Shown here in pieces: positions 20,983 through 30,851 of a DNA stretch of 64,000 nt; the stretch's first letter is position 1; every line of letters starts with the position of its first letter. Origin of the DNA: an uncultured Candidatus Entotheonella sp. Lineage in GTDB: Bacteria; Tectomicrobia; Entotheonellia; Entotheonellales; Entotheonellaceae. The notes below the pieces were generated by a model, which saw nothing but the letters and a program-made list of their open reading frames with translations, was not told the origin of the DNA and did not search any database. The translations under genes were made by a program, and so were the position numbers. The stretch covers positions 1,376,001 through 1,440,000 of the forward strand of contig CBDCDA010000001.1 of assembly GCA_965215335.1 (NCBI GenBank). The letters run 5' to 3'.

Positions 20983-23271
20983 TCATGCTTTGACTGCTTC
21001 CAGAGGGCGCTGGAGGGGAAGGACGATTCGCATCTCGGTGAAGGAGCCCGCCTCGGTGTCGAGGGAGATGGTTCCTGCATGGCGGGTGAGGATGTCCATG
21101 GTGAGCGAAAGACCGAGTCCGGTTCCTTCGCCCGGGGCCTTTGTGGTGACGAAGGGTTCGAAGATCTGTTCACGTAGTTCCTCTGAAATGCCGGGGCCGT
21201 TGTCGCGGATGCAGATCTCCGCCTGATCCTCCAGACGACGCGTGGTGACACGCAATTCCGGCTCATAGTCCGGGTCGTTCGATGTGCGGCGCTTTTCGTC
21301 AAGGGCCTGGTAGGCGTTGGTGATGAGGTTGAGGAACGCCCGGCTGATCTCCTGGGGAACCACTTCGACCATGCCGATTTCCGGGTCGAGATCCTGGCTG
21401 AGCGTCGCGTTGAATCCCTGTCCATGGGCGCGCATCGAGTGATAGGCGAGGTCGACGTATTGCTTCAACAAGGCATTCAAGTCCGTCTCGCGCCAGTCCC
21501 CCGGCGCGGAGCGGGAATGTTCGAGCATGCTGCGTACGATGCCGTCGGCGCGCTCGCCATGCTCCTTGACCTTCTGAAGATTCAGCCTGAGGTCCGAGAG
21601 AATGGGCTCAATCTCTCCGGCCAAGTCTCCCGTCTGGTCCTTGGTTTCCGCCATCATCTCGTCGATCTCGTCAATCAGCTCCACGGAGACATCGGAAAAG
21701 TTGGTTACAAAGTTGAGCGGGTTCTTGATTTCATGGGCGACGCCAGCCGCGAGCTGACCGAGCGATGCGAGCTTTTGCTCGGCAACCATCTGTTCCTGCA
21801 TCTTCTGGAGATTTTCCAGAGCCTCTTCCAGCGTGCGGTTCTTCGCGTCCAATTCCTGGGCCAGCTTCTCGACCAGATTCAGCCGTTGCACCTCAAGCGC
21901 GTGGCGCCGGAACACCTCCAAGGCGTCGGCCATGTCGGCCACCTCATCATGGCCCCGCACCTCGACCGGCACCTCCAGGTCGCCGCCCGCCATGGAGCGC
22001 ATCGCGGTCGCGAGCCCGACGAGGCGGCGGATCAGGTAACGTCCCACGAACAACCAGCCGATGAGGAGAGCGGCAAAGATACTCAAAACGTTGACCAGGG
22101 TGAGGAGCAGCCGTCCGGTCCGAACAGCGGACTGCGAGGCGTTGCTCACGCTGACGGCCTCGTTGTTGATGTCTGCCACCAAGTTGTTCGCCGCGGCGAG
22201 AAGCAAGACGGAAGCCTCACGCCCTCTGGCAAGTGCTTCCTGCTCCTGTTCCAGTCGCCGCAGGACTTCCCGACGCAGCGTGATGATTCCCTCGCCGGAT
22301 TCCCCCAATCGCGCCAGGCGCTCCAGATTTTCACCGAGGGCGCTGTCCGGCATACGGGCCGACAGCCTCGCATAGGCTCGCTGAAAGTTCTGCACGGCGC
22401 TGCGGAAACGACCCCGCAGGATCGGCAGGTGGCTGCGGTCGGAAAGAAACAGGACGTCTCCCAGCAGCAACGCGGCCAGGTTGGCTTGGTGATTCACGGT
22501 GACCAGGTCCCGATAATACGCAAGCTCGGCCTCGGAGGCCCGCTCCTCGATCGGGCTTGGCCGGTCTTCTAAGCGGCGCAACCCCTCCACCAGATAAAAG
22601 CCCTGGTCGTCGGTGGCGACGACCAGGTGGTGCTCGATGAGTCGATTCGTCTCGGCGAGTTCCTCTTTAAGCCGTTCCAGGGTACTCGCGATGGCAAGAC
22701 GCTGGACGGCCGATTCTTGTATCTCTCCCAGGTAGAGGTCAATATCGGCAAGCTGCCCTTCGATATCGGCAAGGTGCAGCCCGATATCGGCAAGATGGAC
22801 GCTGTCCATCCGGGTCCGCCCGCCGAAGATGGAACGGGACTCAAGCTCGCGGGATTCGAGCTCGTACGCACGGGACTCGAGTTCGTAGATCAGGTCGCCA
22901 AGAAGGGCCCGCTCCTGGGCCAGCTCTTCGGCCACTGCCTCATGCTCCCCCAGAGAGGATGCCGCAATGAGATGGAGCGCCCCGCTGACCACGATGGCGC
23001 TTTGGCGTGTCACACCCACTGCACTGCTCAGGTTGGGGATACCGGATTCCGCAAGTCGGGAACCGTGTTGGAGAATCTCATGGAAGGAATAGTAAGCTAC
23101 GAGGCTTGCGCTCAACGTAAGGAGAACGCTGACCAGAAGACATAAAAAGAACTGCTGCCCAATCCTGAGGTGCAGCCAACGGCGTTTTTTCGGCTTCGCC
23201 CCATTCGTGGCCGCAGAAGATTTCGGCGTGAGCGTTCCGCCAGGATCAGAGGCGGGATGGTTATTCATCAC
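20983..23271 (-). CDS. Membrane sensor histidine kinase (TorS-like helical periplasmic domain, HAMP, HisKA, HATPase)
   Basis: Two TM helices; HAMP (GDLEVPVEVRGHDEV); AHEIKNPL; NLITNA; DNGPG; GTGLGL. Confidence 0.92.
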   Translation of the reverse strand: MMNNHPASDPGGTLTPKSSAATNGAKPKKRRWLHLRIGQQFFLCLLVSVLLTLSASLVAYYSFHEILQHGSRLAESGIPNLSSAVGVTRQSAIVVSGALHLIAASSLGEHEAVAEELAQERALLGDLIYELESRAYELESRELESRSIFGGRTRMDSVHLADIGLHLADIEGQLADIDLYLGEIQESAVQRLAIASTLERLKEELAETNRLIEHHLVVATDDQGFYLVEGLRRLEDRPSPIEERASEAELAYYRDLVTVNHQANLAALLLGDVLFLSDRSHLPILRGRFRSAVQNFQRAYARLSARMPDSALGENLERLARLGESGEGIITLRREVLRRLEQEQEALARGREASVLLLAAANNLVADINNEAVSVSNASQSAVRTGRLLLTLVNVLSIFAALLIGWLFVGRYLIRRLVGLATAMRSMAGGDLEVPVEVRGHDEVADMADALEVFRRHALEVQRLNLVEKLAQELDAKNRTLEEALENLQKMQEQMVAEQKLASLGQLAAGVAHEIKNPLNFVTNFSDVSVELIDEIDEMMAETKDQTGDLAGEIEPILSDLRLNLQKVKEHGERADGIVRSMLEHSRSAPGDWRETDLNALLKQYVDLAYHSMRAHGQGFNATLSQDLDPEIGMVEVVPQEISRAFLNLITNAYQALDEKRRTSNDPDYEPELRVTTRRLEDQAEICIRDNGPGISEELREQIFEPFVTTKAPGEGTGLGLSLTMDILTRHAGTISLDTEAGSFTEMRIVLPLQRPLEAVKA

Positions 23272-24449
23272 GGCGCCATTCTGGACACGGGCTGGACACG
23301 TCCCTGCTCGTCAATGAGTGTCAGGTAGACGTGGTCGGAACCCTGATTGTCGGCATCACCGTATCGCAGTAGGAAGCCGCCGAGGTCAATGGTCTCGGCC
23401 TCTCGCAGGGCTTGCAAAAAGCCCTGCGGGGTTGGTCTCGGCCCGGCCAGACGCAGGCCTTCCACCACCAGGCGGCCGGCGAGGTAGCCTTCCAGGGACA
23501 CAAAGTCTGGCTCGCTCTCAGGAGACGTCATGGCCAAGGCGCTCTGGTACTGGGCGACTACCGGGAGGCGGGTGTCCAACGGAAAGGGTACGACCTGGGT
23601 AACGTAAACCCCGGCGCCGTCGGAACCGAGTTCCCTGGCAAGGGCGGAACTCCCTACGACGGAGATGTTGACGAAGTAAGGATTAAAGCCGAGTCGCCGC
23701 GACCAGCGGATCATGGCGGCCGCAGGCTTGTAGGTAGCGATGATGATGATGGCATCGGGGCGCGAGCGCCGCAGATCCAGCAGGGCGATTTTAATCGCCT
23801 CGGTGCCGCGCGGATAGTCCGCCTCGGCGACAAGGGAAAGCCCGTGTCGAGCGATGGCCCGGCGCAATCCGTCGAGTCCGGCGCGTCCGAAAGAATCATT
23901 CTGGTAGAGGACACCGATGCGCCGGACGCCTAGGTCCTCAGCAAGGCGAACCACCATCTCTTCGGTTTCCTGATAGTACGAGGCCCGCACGTTGACGACA
24001 TTGGGGCGCAGTTGCGCGACGCGCAGGAATTCGGCCCCGGTGGAGGGCGCGATGTAGGGAACGCCCAATTCGGTGGCGATGGGCTGGGCCGAGGTGGCGG
24101 TGGGGGTACCGACGGCGCCGACTAGCGCGAAGACGTTACGACTGATAAGTTCACGGGTGTTGGTGATTGCCGCCTCGGGCTCATAGGCGTCATCCAGAGA
24201 CTGGAGGACAAGGCGGTAATTGTGCACACCGCCCCTTCGGTTAACCTCCCTGAAAGCCGCAAAAAGGCCGAGGCGCATTCCTTGGCCCAATGCACGGGCC
24301 GGCCCCGTCAAGGCGGCTGACTGGCCAAAGACAATCTGTTTGGTGGAGAGCATCTTCGCCAAGCTGTCATCTGGCACCGTTCCGGCCAAGGCCGCGAGGA
24401 ACAGGGACACCCGGAAAGCAACGCGCAGACCGCATCCCGTCTTCCACAT
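23268..24449 (-). CDS. Type I periplasmic (Leu/Ile/Val-like) ligand-binding protein, no cognate permease adjacent
   Basis: GQSAALTGP, DDAYEP, VGTPT, RASY, EGYLA. Confidence 0.88.
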   Translation of the reverse strand: MWKTGCGLRVAFRVSLFLAALAGTVPDDSLAKMLSTKQIVFGQSAALTGPARALGQGMRLGLFAAFREVNRRGGVHNYRLVLQSLDDAYEPEAAITNTRELISRNVFALVGAVGTPTATSAQPIATELGVPYIAPSTGAEFLRVAQLRPNVVNVRASYYQETEEMVVRLAEDLGVRRIGVLYQNDSFGRAGLDGLRRAIARHGLSLVAEADYPRGTEAIKIALLDLRRSRPDAIIIIATYKPAAAMIRWSRRLGFNPYFVNISVVGSSALARELGSDGAGVYVTQVVPFPLDTRLPVVAQYQSALAMTSPESEPDFVSLEGYLAGRLVVEGLRLAGPRPTPQGFLQALREAETIDLGGFLLRYGDADNQGSDHVYLTLIDEQGRVQPVSRMAP

Positions 24450-24468
24450 TCCTCGCCTCCTCTAAATG

Positions 24469-25665
24469 CTACGCATGACTGTCCGATAGTGGCTGGGCGG
24501 GAAGCATCGCGTCGAAATGCAACGCGATGCAGGTAATATCGTCCGATTGCGGCGTGTCTTCGGCAAAGAGCTGCACGGCATTGACTACCTCGTGCACGAC
24601 ATCGCGGGCGGTCGCCTGCTTAAGGCTCGCCAGTTTCTCGTCGAGGCGATCTTCTCCGAATTCCTCGTTCCAGGCGTTCTGGGCTTCAGTGATGCCGTCG
24701 GTGTAGAGGAAGAGGCTGTCGCCAGGGGCGAGGCGAGCCTCGCCATCGGCGTAAGCATGCCCGGGAAACACGCCCAACACCACGTTTCCGGTTGCTGGAA
24801 GCACTTCGACGCGAGAGTCACTACGGACCAGGCGCGGCGGATTGTGACCGCCGTTGCAGTAATGGAAGCTACCGTCGCGCAGGTCGAGAATGCCATAAAA
24901 AACGGTGACAAAAACACAGGTCTCGTTGTCCTCGGCCAGTAGCTCGTTCACTTCGCTCAAACAGCGGGCGGGGGACATGAAGTTTCTTACGGCGCCCTTG
25001 AGGAGCGTCTGCGTCACCATGGTAAACAGGGCGGCGGGAATCCCCTTGCCGGAAACATCTGCGATGATCAATCCGATCAACGCGTCATCGAGGCTGAAAA
25101 AGTTGTAGAAGTCTCCGCCGATCTCCCGGGCCGGAATCATCATCGCCTGGATCTCATGGGTCTCGCTATTCGACCGGTCTCGCGGGAGGACCGACATCTG
25201 CATTTCGGTCGCCACTTCGAGTTCCCGCTTGATGGCAACCAGTCGATCTCTCGATTCAAGCGCACTTTCCATGGTTTCGATATGTTGGAGTGTCTTTCTG
25301 ATCGTGATTTCGAGATCGTTAAAATCGATGGGTTTGGTGACGAAGTCAAACGCGCCCCGGTTCATGGCGGTACGGATATTTTCCATGTCGCCATAGGCGG
25401 AGACGATGACGGCGCGTATTTCAGGCCGGAGGTCCTCGAGTTGGCTCAGCAGCGTGAGTCCGTCCATGACGGGCATGTTGATATCCGACAGTACCAGTCG
25501 GATTTCGGGGTGTTCGGCAAGTTTGTCGAGGGCCTCCTTGCCGTTGTACGCAAAAACGAAATCCATCTCGCCGCGGCGGATGAACCGACGGAATTTCTGG
25601 CGGATAAGCAATTCCAGATCTTCTTCGTCGTCTACTACGAGAAGCCGGGTGGGTGATGCACTCAA
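24469..25665 (-). CDS. Receiver domain-PP2C/SpoIIE phosphatase (RsbU-like)
   Basis: LVVDDE, SDINMP, TKP; GGDFY, ADVSGKG, GHNPP, YTDGITEA, DDIT. Confidence 0.93.
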   Translation of the reverse strand: MSASPTRLLVVDDEEDLELLIRQKFRRFIRRGEMDFVFAYNGKEALDKLAEHPEIRLVLSDINMPVMDGLTLLSQLEDLRPEIRAVIVSAYGDMENIRTAMNRGAFDFVTKPIDFNDLEITIRKTLQHIETMESALESRDRLVAIKRELEVATEMQMSVLPRDRSNSETHEIQAMMIPAREIGGDFYNFFSLDDALIGLIIADVSGKGIPAALFTMVTQTLLKGAVRNFMSPARCLSEVNELLAEDNETCVFVTVFYGILDLRDGSFHYCNGGHNPPRLVRSDSRVEVLPATGNVVLGVFPGHAYADGEARLAPGDSLFLYTDGITEAQNAWNEEFGEDRLDEKLASLKQATARDVVHEVVNAVQLFAEDTPQSDDITCIALHFDAMLPAQPLSDSHA

Positions 25666-25693
25666 AACCCTGACCCTCCTTTAACCGTTGTCT

Positions 25694-26044
25694 TCACAGC
25701 GCCGACAAGGCATCGCTGCGACTCTCGTGAACCGAGAGAATGGCACTGAAACCGCTGATCTCGAAGATATGGGCGATGGGTCCGCTGAGCCCGAAAAACA
25801 GCGTCTTTCCCCCTTCTCCCTGCAGGCGGCGAGCCGTCATCAGGAACACCCGCAAGCCGGCGCTGCTGATGTAGTTCAGATTCTCGAAATCGAAGACCAG
25901 AACTTTTTCGCCCGCGTCAAGTTGTTCCTGGATGGCACTCTCCAGGACAGCCGCGCTGCTTCCATCCACCCGTCCCAGCGGAGAGACGATAACGGCCTTT
26001 TCAACGCGTTCGGTTTGAATCGACAAGGTATTCTCGTCCGTCAC
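25694..26044 (-). CDS. STAS-domain anti-sigma factor antagonist (RsbV-like)
   Basis: GRVD, YISSAGLR phosphoacceptor motif. Confidence 0.92.
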   Translation of the reverse strand: MTDENTLSIQTERVEKAVIVSPLGRVDGSSAAVLESAIQEQLDAGEKVLVFDFENLNYISSAGLRVFLMTARRLQGEGGKTLFFGLSGPIAHIFEISGFSAILSVHESRSDALSAL

Positions 26045-26508
26045 CGGCTTTCTCCTCCAAGCAAATGTTTCAATGTGATGCGATTGCGCCCATCGACGCG
26101 TTCATAGGCTGTGCTGTCGGCGAATTGCTTGACCAGGAAAACCCCGAGTCCTCCGATGGGCCGCTCTTCAAGCCCCAGGGTCGGGTCCGGCTCCGGGGCT
26201 TCCTCGAAAGGGTTGAACGCCTCGGCGTTGTCCTCGAGTTGAGCCACCACGGCGCCGTTGTCAACAAGGAGGCGCAACCGAAGTTCGGGTTCAGGAACTC
26301 TGGATAAGCCATAGGTCATGCTATTTGTGATGAGTTCGTCCAGCATAAGGTTCAGACGGCTCTGGACCGTGTCGCTCAATGCGTGCGCGACCCCGAATTC
26401 CTGGATGATACCCGCGAGCGCCGCAAGAGCGGAAAGGTCCGGGGCAAGGGAGATCTCGACCGTTTTGCTATCCGGTGAAGGCTCGCAAGGTTGCATCAGT
26501 TTCTCCAT
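26041..26508 (-). CDS. Anti-sigma factor Ser/Thr kinase (RsbW-like)
   Basis: DELITN, ED...FNP, GGLGVFLV. Confidence 0.9.
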   Translation of the reverse strand: MEKLMQPCEPSPDSKTVEISLAPDLSALAALAGIIQEFGVAHALSDTVQSRLNLMLDELITNSMTYGLSRVPEPELRLRLLVDNGAVVAQLEDNAEAFNPFEEAPEPDPTLGLEERPIGGLGVFLVKQFADSTAYERVDGRNRITLKHLLGGESR

Positions 26509-26526
26509 TGGGCGTTCGTCAGGTGC

Positions 26527-26660
26527 TCAAGGAACGGATGCGAATTCCATCAGGCAGGACATGTCAGTTCGTTTCAGGATTTCATGACATTCCCGGCACA
26601 AAGCGACCAGATCACTGGGAACATCCCGCACCTTTCGCCGATGAGCATCCGATAGTGGGC
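26527..26660 (-). pseudogene. Possible HNH nuclease remnant
   Basis: DAH...DLVALCRECH motif only. Confidence 0.35.
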
Positions 26661-26839
26661 GCACGGCTACACTACGGCTCCAGAGGCAACAGAGCTTATT
26701 CAGACCCTCCTCAACGCCCCCACCATCATAGCAGAAACGGGACATGCAGGCCGTTTTTTCCTGCTTGTAATTGATGGATACTGATGTATTTTATCGGTGT
26801 TCCGAGTCCAGTGTCCTTCATCAGGACAGGAGTCAGCCC

Positions 26840-27853
26840 ATGGCCGTTCAGCCCGTAGAATTCAATCTGGCCATCCGCCCCAAGCGACGCTTCGAGATCG
26901 TTGATGTGGCGGCCTTGATTCGCACCCAGGCTGGCGAGGAACTGAGCCAGTACCGCAAGGCCGCGTACTGCTCGTTTCACACCACGGCCGGCTACCTGGA
27001 GCAGGCCGTCTGTGCACGCCTGGGCTATAGTCACAAACAGCTTGCCCCCCTTATCCGCGCCGTCCAGAAAATCTTCCCCCACAACGCCGGTTATTTTCAC
27101 GACCGCATGCAGATGCGCGACGAGCTCAACGAGAGCCAAAAGGAAAAGGAGCCGATCAACGGCGACTCGCACCTGACCTTTATCAGCGCTGGTCTCAACA
27201 ACTGCGTCGTCTATCTCCATCATCCCGGCGAGTCGGTTTACTTCATCGAGCTCGACGGCATCTACAAGCAACAGGTGCGCCAGCGCTGCACCACGGTCAT
27301 GGCGTATTCTGACACGGAAGTGGTGCAGCGCGGCCGGGCGGCGGTCCCGGTCAGCGTGGGCCGGGCGATCGATGTCTTTAATCTCAAGGACCCCGGTTAT
27401 GGCCTTTTCTCGCAGGTTGCGGACTGGTCACGGCAACACGGCGTCGAGAAAGGCTACATCGACATCCGCTTAGCGCCCGAAGAAAAGCACGTCGGCATGA
27501 CCGTCAACGAGTACGAGACCCTGCTGATGCGCAACGATTTGCCCCAGGCCCTGATCGACCCATTGCGCTTCGCGCTCCAGCGCGGCAATGACGTCGTGCA
27601 ACTCTACAATTACCTCATGGACCAAGTTCCGGTGGGGCGTTCGGTGATCGACCGCATTTTTGCGGCGCTCTCGACACCGGCCAAGCGCATCCTGCGCCTC
27701 AAGCGTCACATCCGGCTGCTGGTCTCCGACAGCGCGGAGGCCGGCGTCAGCCACATTCTCCACGGCACCTACCAAAGCCCGATTCTAGTCCAGTACCACC
27801 CGGCTCCGAACGGTGTGCGCCATTTGAATATCACGTTGCACCGCTTCATCTGA
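26840..27853 (+). CDS. Hypothetical protein with apparent tandem YjbQ/UPF0047-like domains
   Basis: AGGAG RBS; HTTAG, YFH, NGDSH, ELDG in the first half; TVNE and GTYQ in the second half. Confidence 0.65.
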   Translation: MAVQPVEFNLAIRPKRRFEIVDVAALIRTQAGEELSQYRKAAYCSFHTTAGYLEQAVCARLGYSHKQLAPLIRAVQKIFPHNAGYFHDRMQMRDELNESQKEKEPINGDSHLTFISAGLNNCVVYLHHPGESVYFIELDGIYKQQVRQRCTTVMAYSDTEVVQRGRAAVPVSVGRAIDVFNLKDPGYGLFSQVADWSRQHGVEKGYIDIRLAPEEKHVGMTVNEYETLLMRNDLPQALIDPLRFALQRGNDVVQLYNYLMDQVPVGRSVIDRIFAALSTPAKRILRLKRHIRLLVSDSAEAGVSHILHGTYQSPILVQYHPAPNGVRHLNITLHRFI

Positions 27854-27896
27854 GCAGACGCGACACGTTACGCCGCTACGGCAGGAATTCCCCCAC

Positions 27897-29714
27897 ATGA
27901 CCGACGCCGCCCTTCAGCCCGACAGCCTGGTACTGTTCAAGAACCGCCCGGCCCGCGTGCTGCAGGCCGGCGACAGTCTGGAAATCGAACTCGAAAACGG
28001 CAAGATACTGAGAGTGCGGCCCAAGGACGTTGCGTTGCTGCACCCCGGTCCGCTGCACGCTCTGGCCGACCTACAGGCCGGGGACGGGGATGTGGAGACG
28101 GCCTGGGAGCTATTGGCGGGCGACAACACGACGCTGGCCGAGCTGGCGGATCTGGTTTATGGCGCCTACACACCGCCAACGGCGTGGCAGGCGTGGCAGC
28201 TCGTCGCCGAGGGCCTGTACTTCGGCGGCACAGTGGTGGAGATCATTGCGCATACGGCGGAGGAAGTGGCTCGGAAACGCGCCGCGCGCGAGGCCAAGGC
28301 CGCCGCGGAACACGCCTGGTCCGATTTCATGGAACGGCTGCGAGCCGGGAAGCTGGCCCCCGGGGACCGCCGGCATCTCGGCGAGGTGGAGGCCCTGGCC
28401 TTGGGCAGGCGCACCAGCAGCCGTGCGCTGCGTGAGTTGGGCCGGGCACAAAGTCCCGAGCGCGCCCACGCCCTGCTGTGCGCGCTGGGCCACTGGGATG
28501 CCACCGTCAATCCCTATCCGCAACGCCTGGAGGTGGACACCCGTGCGCCCCAGGCGATCCTGCCGGACTGGCCGGAGGAGACGCGCCTCGACCTCACCCA
28601 CCTCGATGCCTTCGCCATCGACGACGAGGGCAGCAAGGACCCCGACGACGCCCTCAGCTGGCACGACAACCGCCTGTGGGTGCACGTCTCTGACGTGGCC
28701 GCCTTGGCGCCACCGGATAGCGACGTGGATCTGGAAGCGCGCGCTCGCGGCTGTAATCTCTACCTGCCGGAGGGCACCGTTCCGATGCTACCGCCGGCGG
28801 CCACCCGCATGCTGGGACTGGGGCTGCAGGCGGTCTCGCCAGCGCTGTCGTTCGGCCTGGAGGTGAACGCCGACGGCGGTATCGTGAAGATCGAGATGGT
28901 GCCGAGTTGGGTGCGTGTCACGCGGTTGACGTACGGGGAGGTGGAAACCCGCCTCGAGGAATCGCCATTCAAGGAACTGATGCGTCTGGCTGAATCGTCG
29001 CAAGCTCGGCGGCGTGCCCAGGGCGCGGTGTTCATCGAATTGCCGGAGTTGAAGATTCAGATGGAAAACGAGCAGGTCAGCATACAGCCGCTGGCGCCTC
29101 TGAAAAGTCGGGATCTGGTGGCGGAGGCGATGTTGCTGACCGGTGAGGCCGCGGCGCAGTTTGCCTTGGCGCAGAACATCTCCCTGCCATTCACCACCCA
29201 GGCCGTTCCCGAGGCGCCCCAGGTGGTCGAGGGGCTGGCCGGCATGTATGCTCTGCGGCGTAGCCTGAAGCGCAGCGTGCAGACAGGCGAACCAGCGCCT
29301 CACGCCGGCCTCGGGCTCGCCGCTTATGCCCGCGCTACCAGCCCCCTGCGGCGTTACCTGGACCTGGTGGTGCACCAGCAACTACGCGCGTATCTGCGCG
29401 GCGCTCCGCTGCTGGACAGTCAACAAATCCTGGAACGCGTCGGCGCTGCGGAGTCCGTCACCCATAATCGCATTCAAGCCGAGCGCCTTACCCGTCGACA
29501 CTGGACGCTCGTCTACCTGCTCGCCCACCCCGATTGGCGCGGCAACGGCGTTGTCGTTGAAAAACGCGGCCCCCGAACAACCATCCTCATCCCCGACCTC
29601 GGGCTCGAACCCGTCCTGACCCTTCGTGACAACCCGGACCTGAACACGGTCCTCCCTCTCACCCTGACCGGCGTCTCACTGCCGGAGTTGGAGGCGTATT
29701 TCCAGGTTGTGTAG
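27897..29714 (+). CDS. rnb: Ribonuclease II/RNB-domain exoribonuclease
   Basis: IDDEGSKDPDDALS, HVSDV, YLPEGTVPMLP, TSPLRRYLDL. Confidence 0.9.
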   Translation: MTDAALQPDSLVLFKNRPARVLQAGDSLEIELENGKILRVRPKDVALLHPGPLHALADLQAGDGDVETAWELLAGDNTTLAELADLVYGAYTPPTAWQAWQLVAEGLYFGGTVVEIIAHTAEEVARKRAAREAKAAAEHAWSDFMERLRAGKLAPGDRRHLGEVEALALGRRTSSRALRELGRAQSPERAHALLCALGHWDATVNPYPQRLEVDTRAPQAILPDWPEETRLDLTHLDAFAIDDEGSKDPDDALSWHDNRLWVHVSDVAALAPPDSDVDLEARARGCNLYLPEGTVPMLPPAATRMLGLGLQAVSPALSFGLEVNADGGIVKIEMVPSWVRVTRLTYGEVETRLEESPFKELMRLAESSQARRRAQGAVFIELPELKIQMENEQVSIQPLAPLKSRDLVAEAMLLTGEAAAQFALAQNISLPFTTQAVPEAPQVVEGLAGMYALRRSLKRSVQTGEPAPHAGLGLAAYARATSPLRRYLDLVVHQQLRAYLRGAPLLDSQQILERVGAAESVTHNRIQAERLTRRHWTLVYLLAHPDWRGNGVVVEKRGPRTTILIPDLGLEPVLTLRDNPDLNTVLPLTLTGVSLPELEAYFQVV

Positions 29715-29803
29715 TGTTGTGTAGTTGTCGCGCACCGTCATCCGACATTCAGCGCGCCACGCAGGATGCAGAAAATGGCGCTCCGCTGGGGACGCGTATC
29801 GTG

Positions 29804-30814
29804 TCATCCGCCGGACATGGACGGGATGGGCCATAGCGAGGGCGGGAAGTCGAGCGGCGCGCTGAGGTCGCCACCCCAGACGATGATGCAACGCAGGAGG
29901 AGGCCGCCGAGGAGGACGAGGGCGAATTTCGGAGCGGTGAACAAGACGTTGCGCCATCTCAAGGGCCAAACGAGGCAGTCGAGGAGGAATTCGACAAGGG
30001 TGAGGAGCAGGGGCACGGTAAGGCCAAGGCCGATGACGCCCCACCAGAACCAAGGCGCCAAGGCCCCGCGGGTGACGTATTGGTAGGCGTGCGCGCCGCC
30101 TTTGGGGGCCAGGAATTGACCCGTGGGGGCGTGCTGGCCGGAGCCGGCAAGGTAAGTCATGAAGTTGTAGATCTCGAACAATTCCAGGAGGATGAACAGC
30201 GCCACGGCCATGCTGATCCAGCGCACGACGCCGTGCGCGGCCTGCGGCCGCAGGCCGCGGAACCACAACGCGACGAGGCACATCAGGCCACTGGCCGCCA
30301 AGCCGGTGGTGATGCCGGAATTGAGAAACAGAACCGGCAGGTACTTACTCGACCACAGCGGCACGAAGGTGCCGCGGCTGAGCAGCAACCCGGTATAGAC
30401 GGCCAGCATGGCGAGGACCGGCAGGCCCGCGAGGCCCACGAGGCGACGTAGCCAGACCGCGCCGCTGCGATACCGCAGGGCGGCGTAGAGCAGCACCAGC
30501 AGGGCGCCGATACCGACGATCCAGCCGCCGCGCGTCATCCAGGATCCGTAGTTGGTGAAAAACAGGGGGAACGCCAGACCGCGCTCCGGTTTGCCGAGGT
30601 GGGCGGTGAGAAAGAATCCGGCCAGGGCGAGGGTGGCGATGGCGCCATAGGAAGATACCTTCGACAATATATCGGCGCCCTGCCACTTGCGCTCCAGCAG
30701 GTCCGCCACCACGGCAACCAGGAAAATCCCCGCGGTCAACCCGCCGAAAAACAGGTACAGGGGTACGTGCAGGCTGTAGCTCCACTTGGTTTGCCACAGG
30801 ATGATCGGTTCCAC
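29804..30814 (-). CDS. NrfD/PsrC-family membrane anchor of formate dehydrogenase
   Basis: YLFFGG, HLGKPER, SWMTRG, YTGLLL, PLW; GGAGG RBS before GTG 30814. Confidence 0.88.
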   Translation of the reverse strand: MEPIILWQTKWSYSLHVPLYLFFGGLTAGIFLVAVVADLLERKWQGADILSKVSSYGAIATLALAGFFLTAHLGKPERGLAFPLFFTNYGSWMTRGGWIVGIGALLVLLYAALRYRSGAVWLRRLVGLAGLPVLAMLAVYTGLLLSRGTFVPLWSSKYLPVLFLNSGITTGLAASGLMCLVALWFRGLRPQAAHGVVRWISMAVALFILLELFEIYNFMTYLAGSGQHAPTGQFLAPKGGAHAYQYVTRGALAPWFWWGVIGLGLTVPLLLTLVEFLLDCLVWPLRWRNVLFTAPKFALVLLGGLLLRCIIVWGGDLSAPLDFPPSLWPIPSMSGG

Positions 30815-30851
30815 GCTGCCTCCCCGGGCGGTCGCGACGCCCTGAGGCGAC

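Noticed and set aside
29707..29727. Short direct repeat GTTGTGTAGT at the RNase II stop
   Set aside because: Only two 10-bp units; no supportable function.
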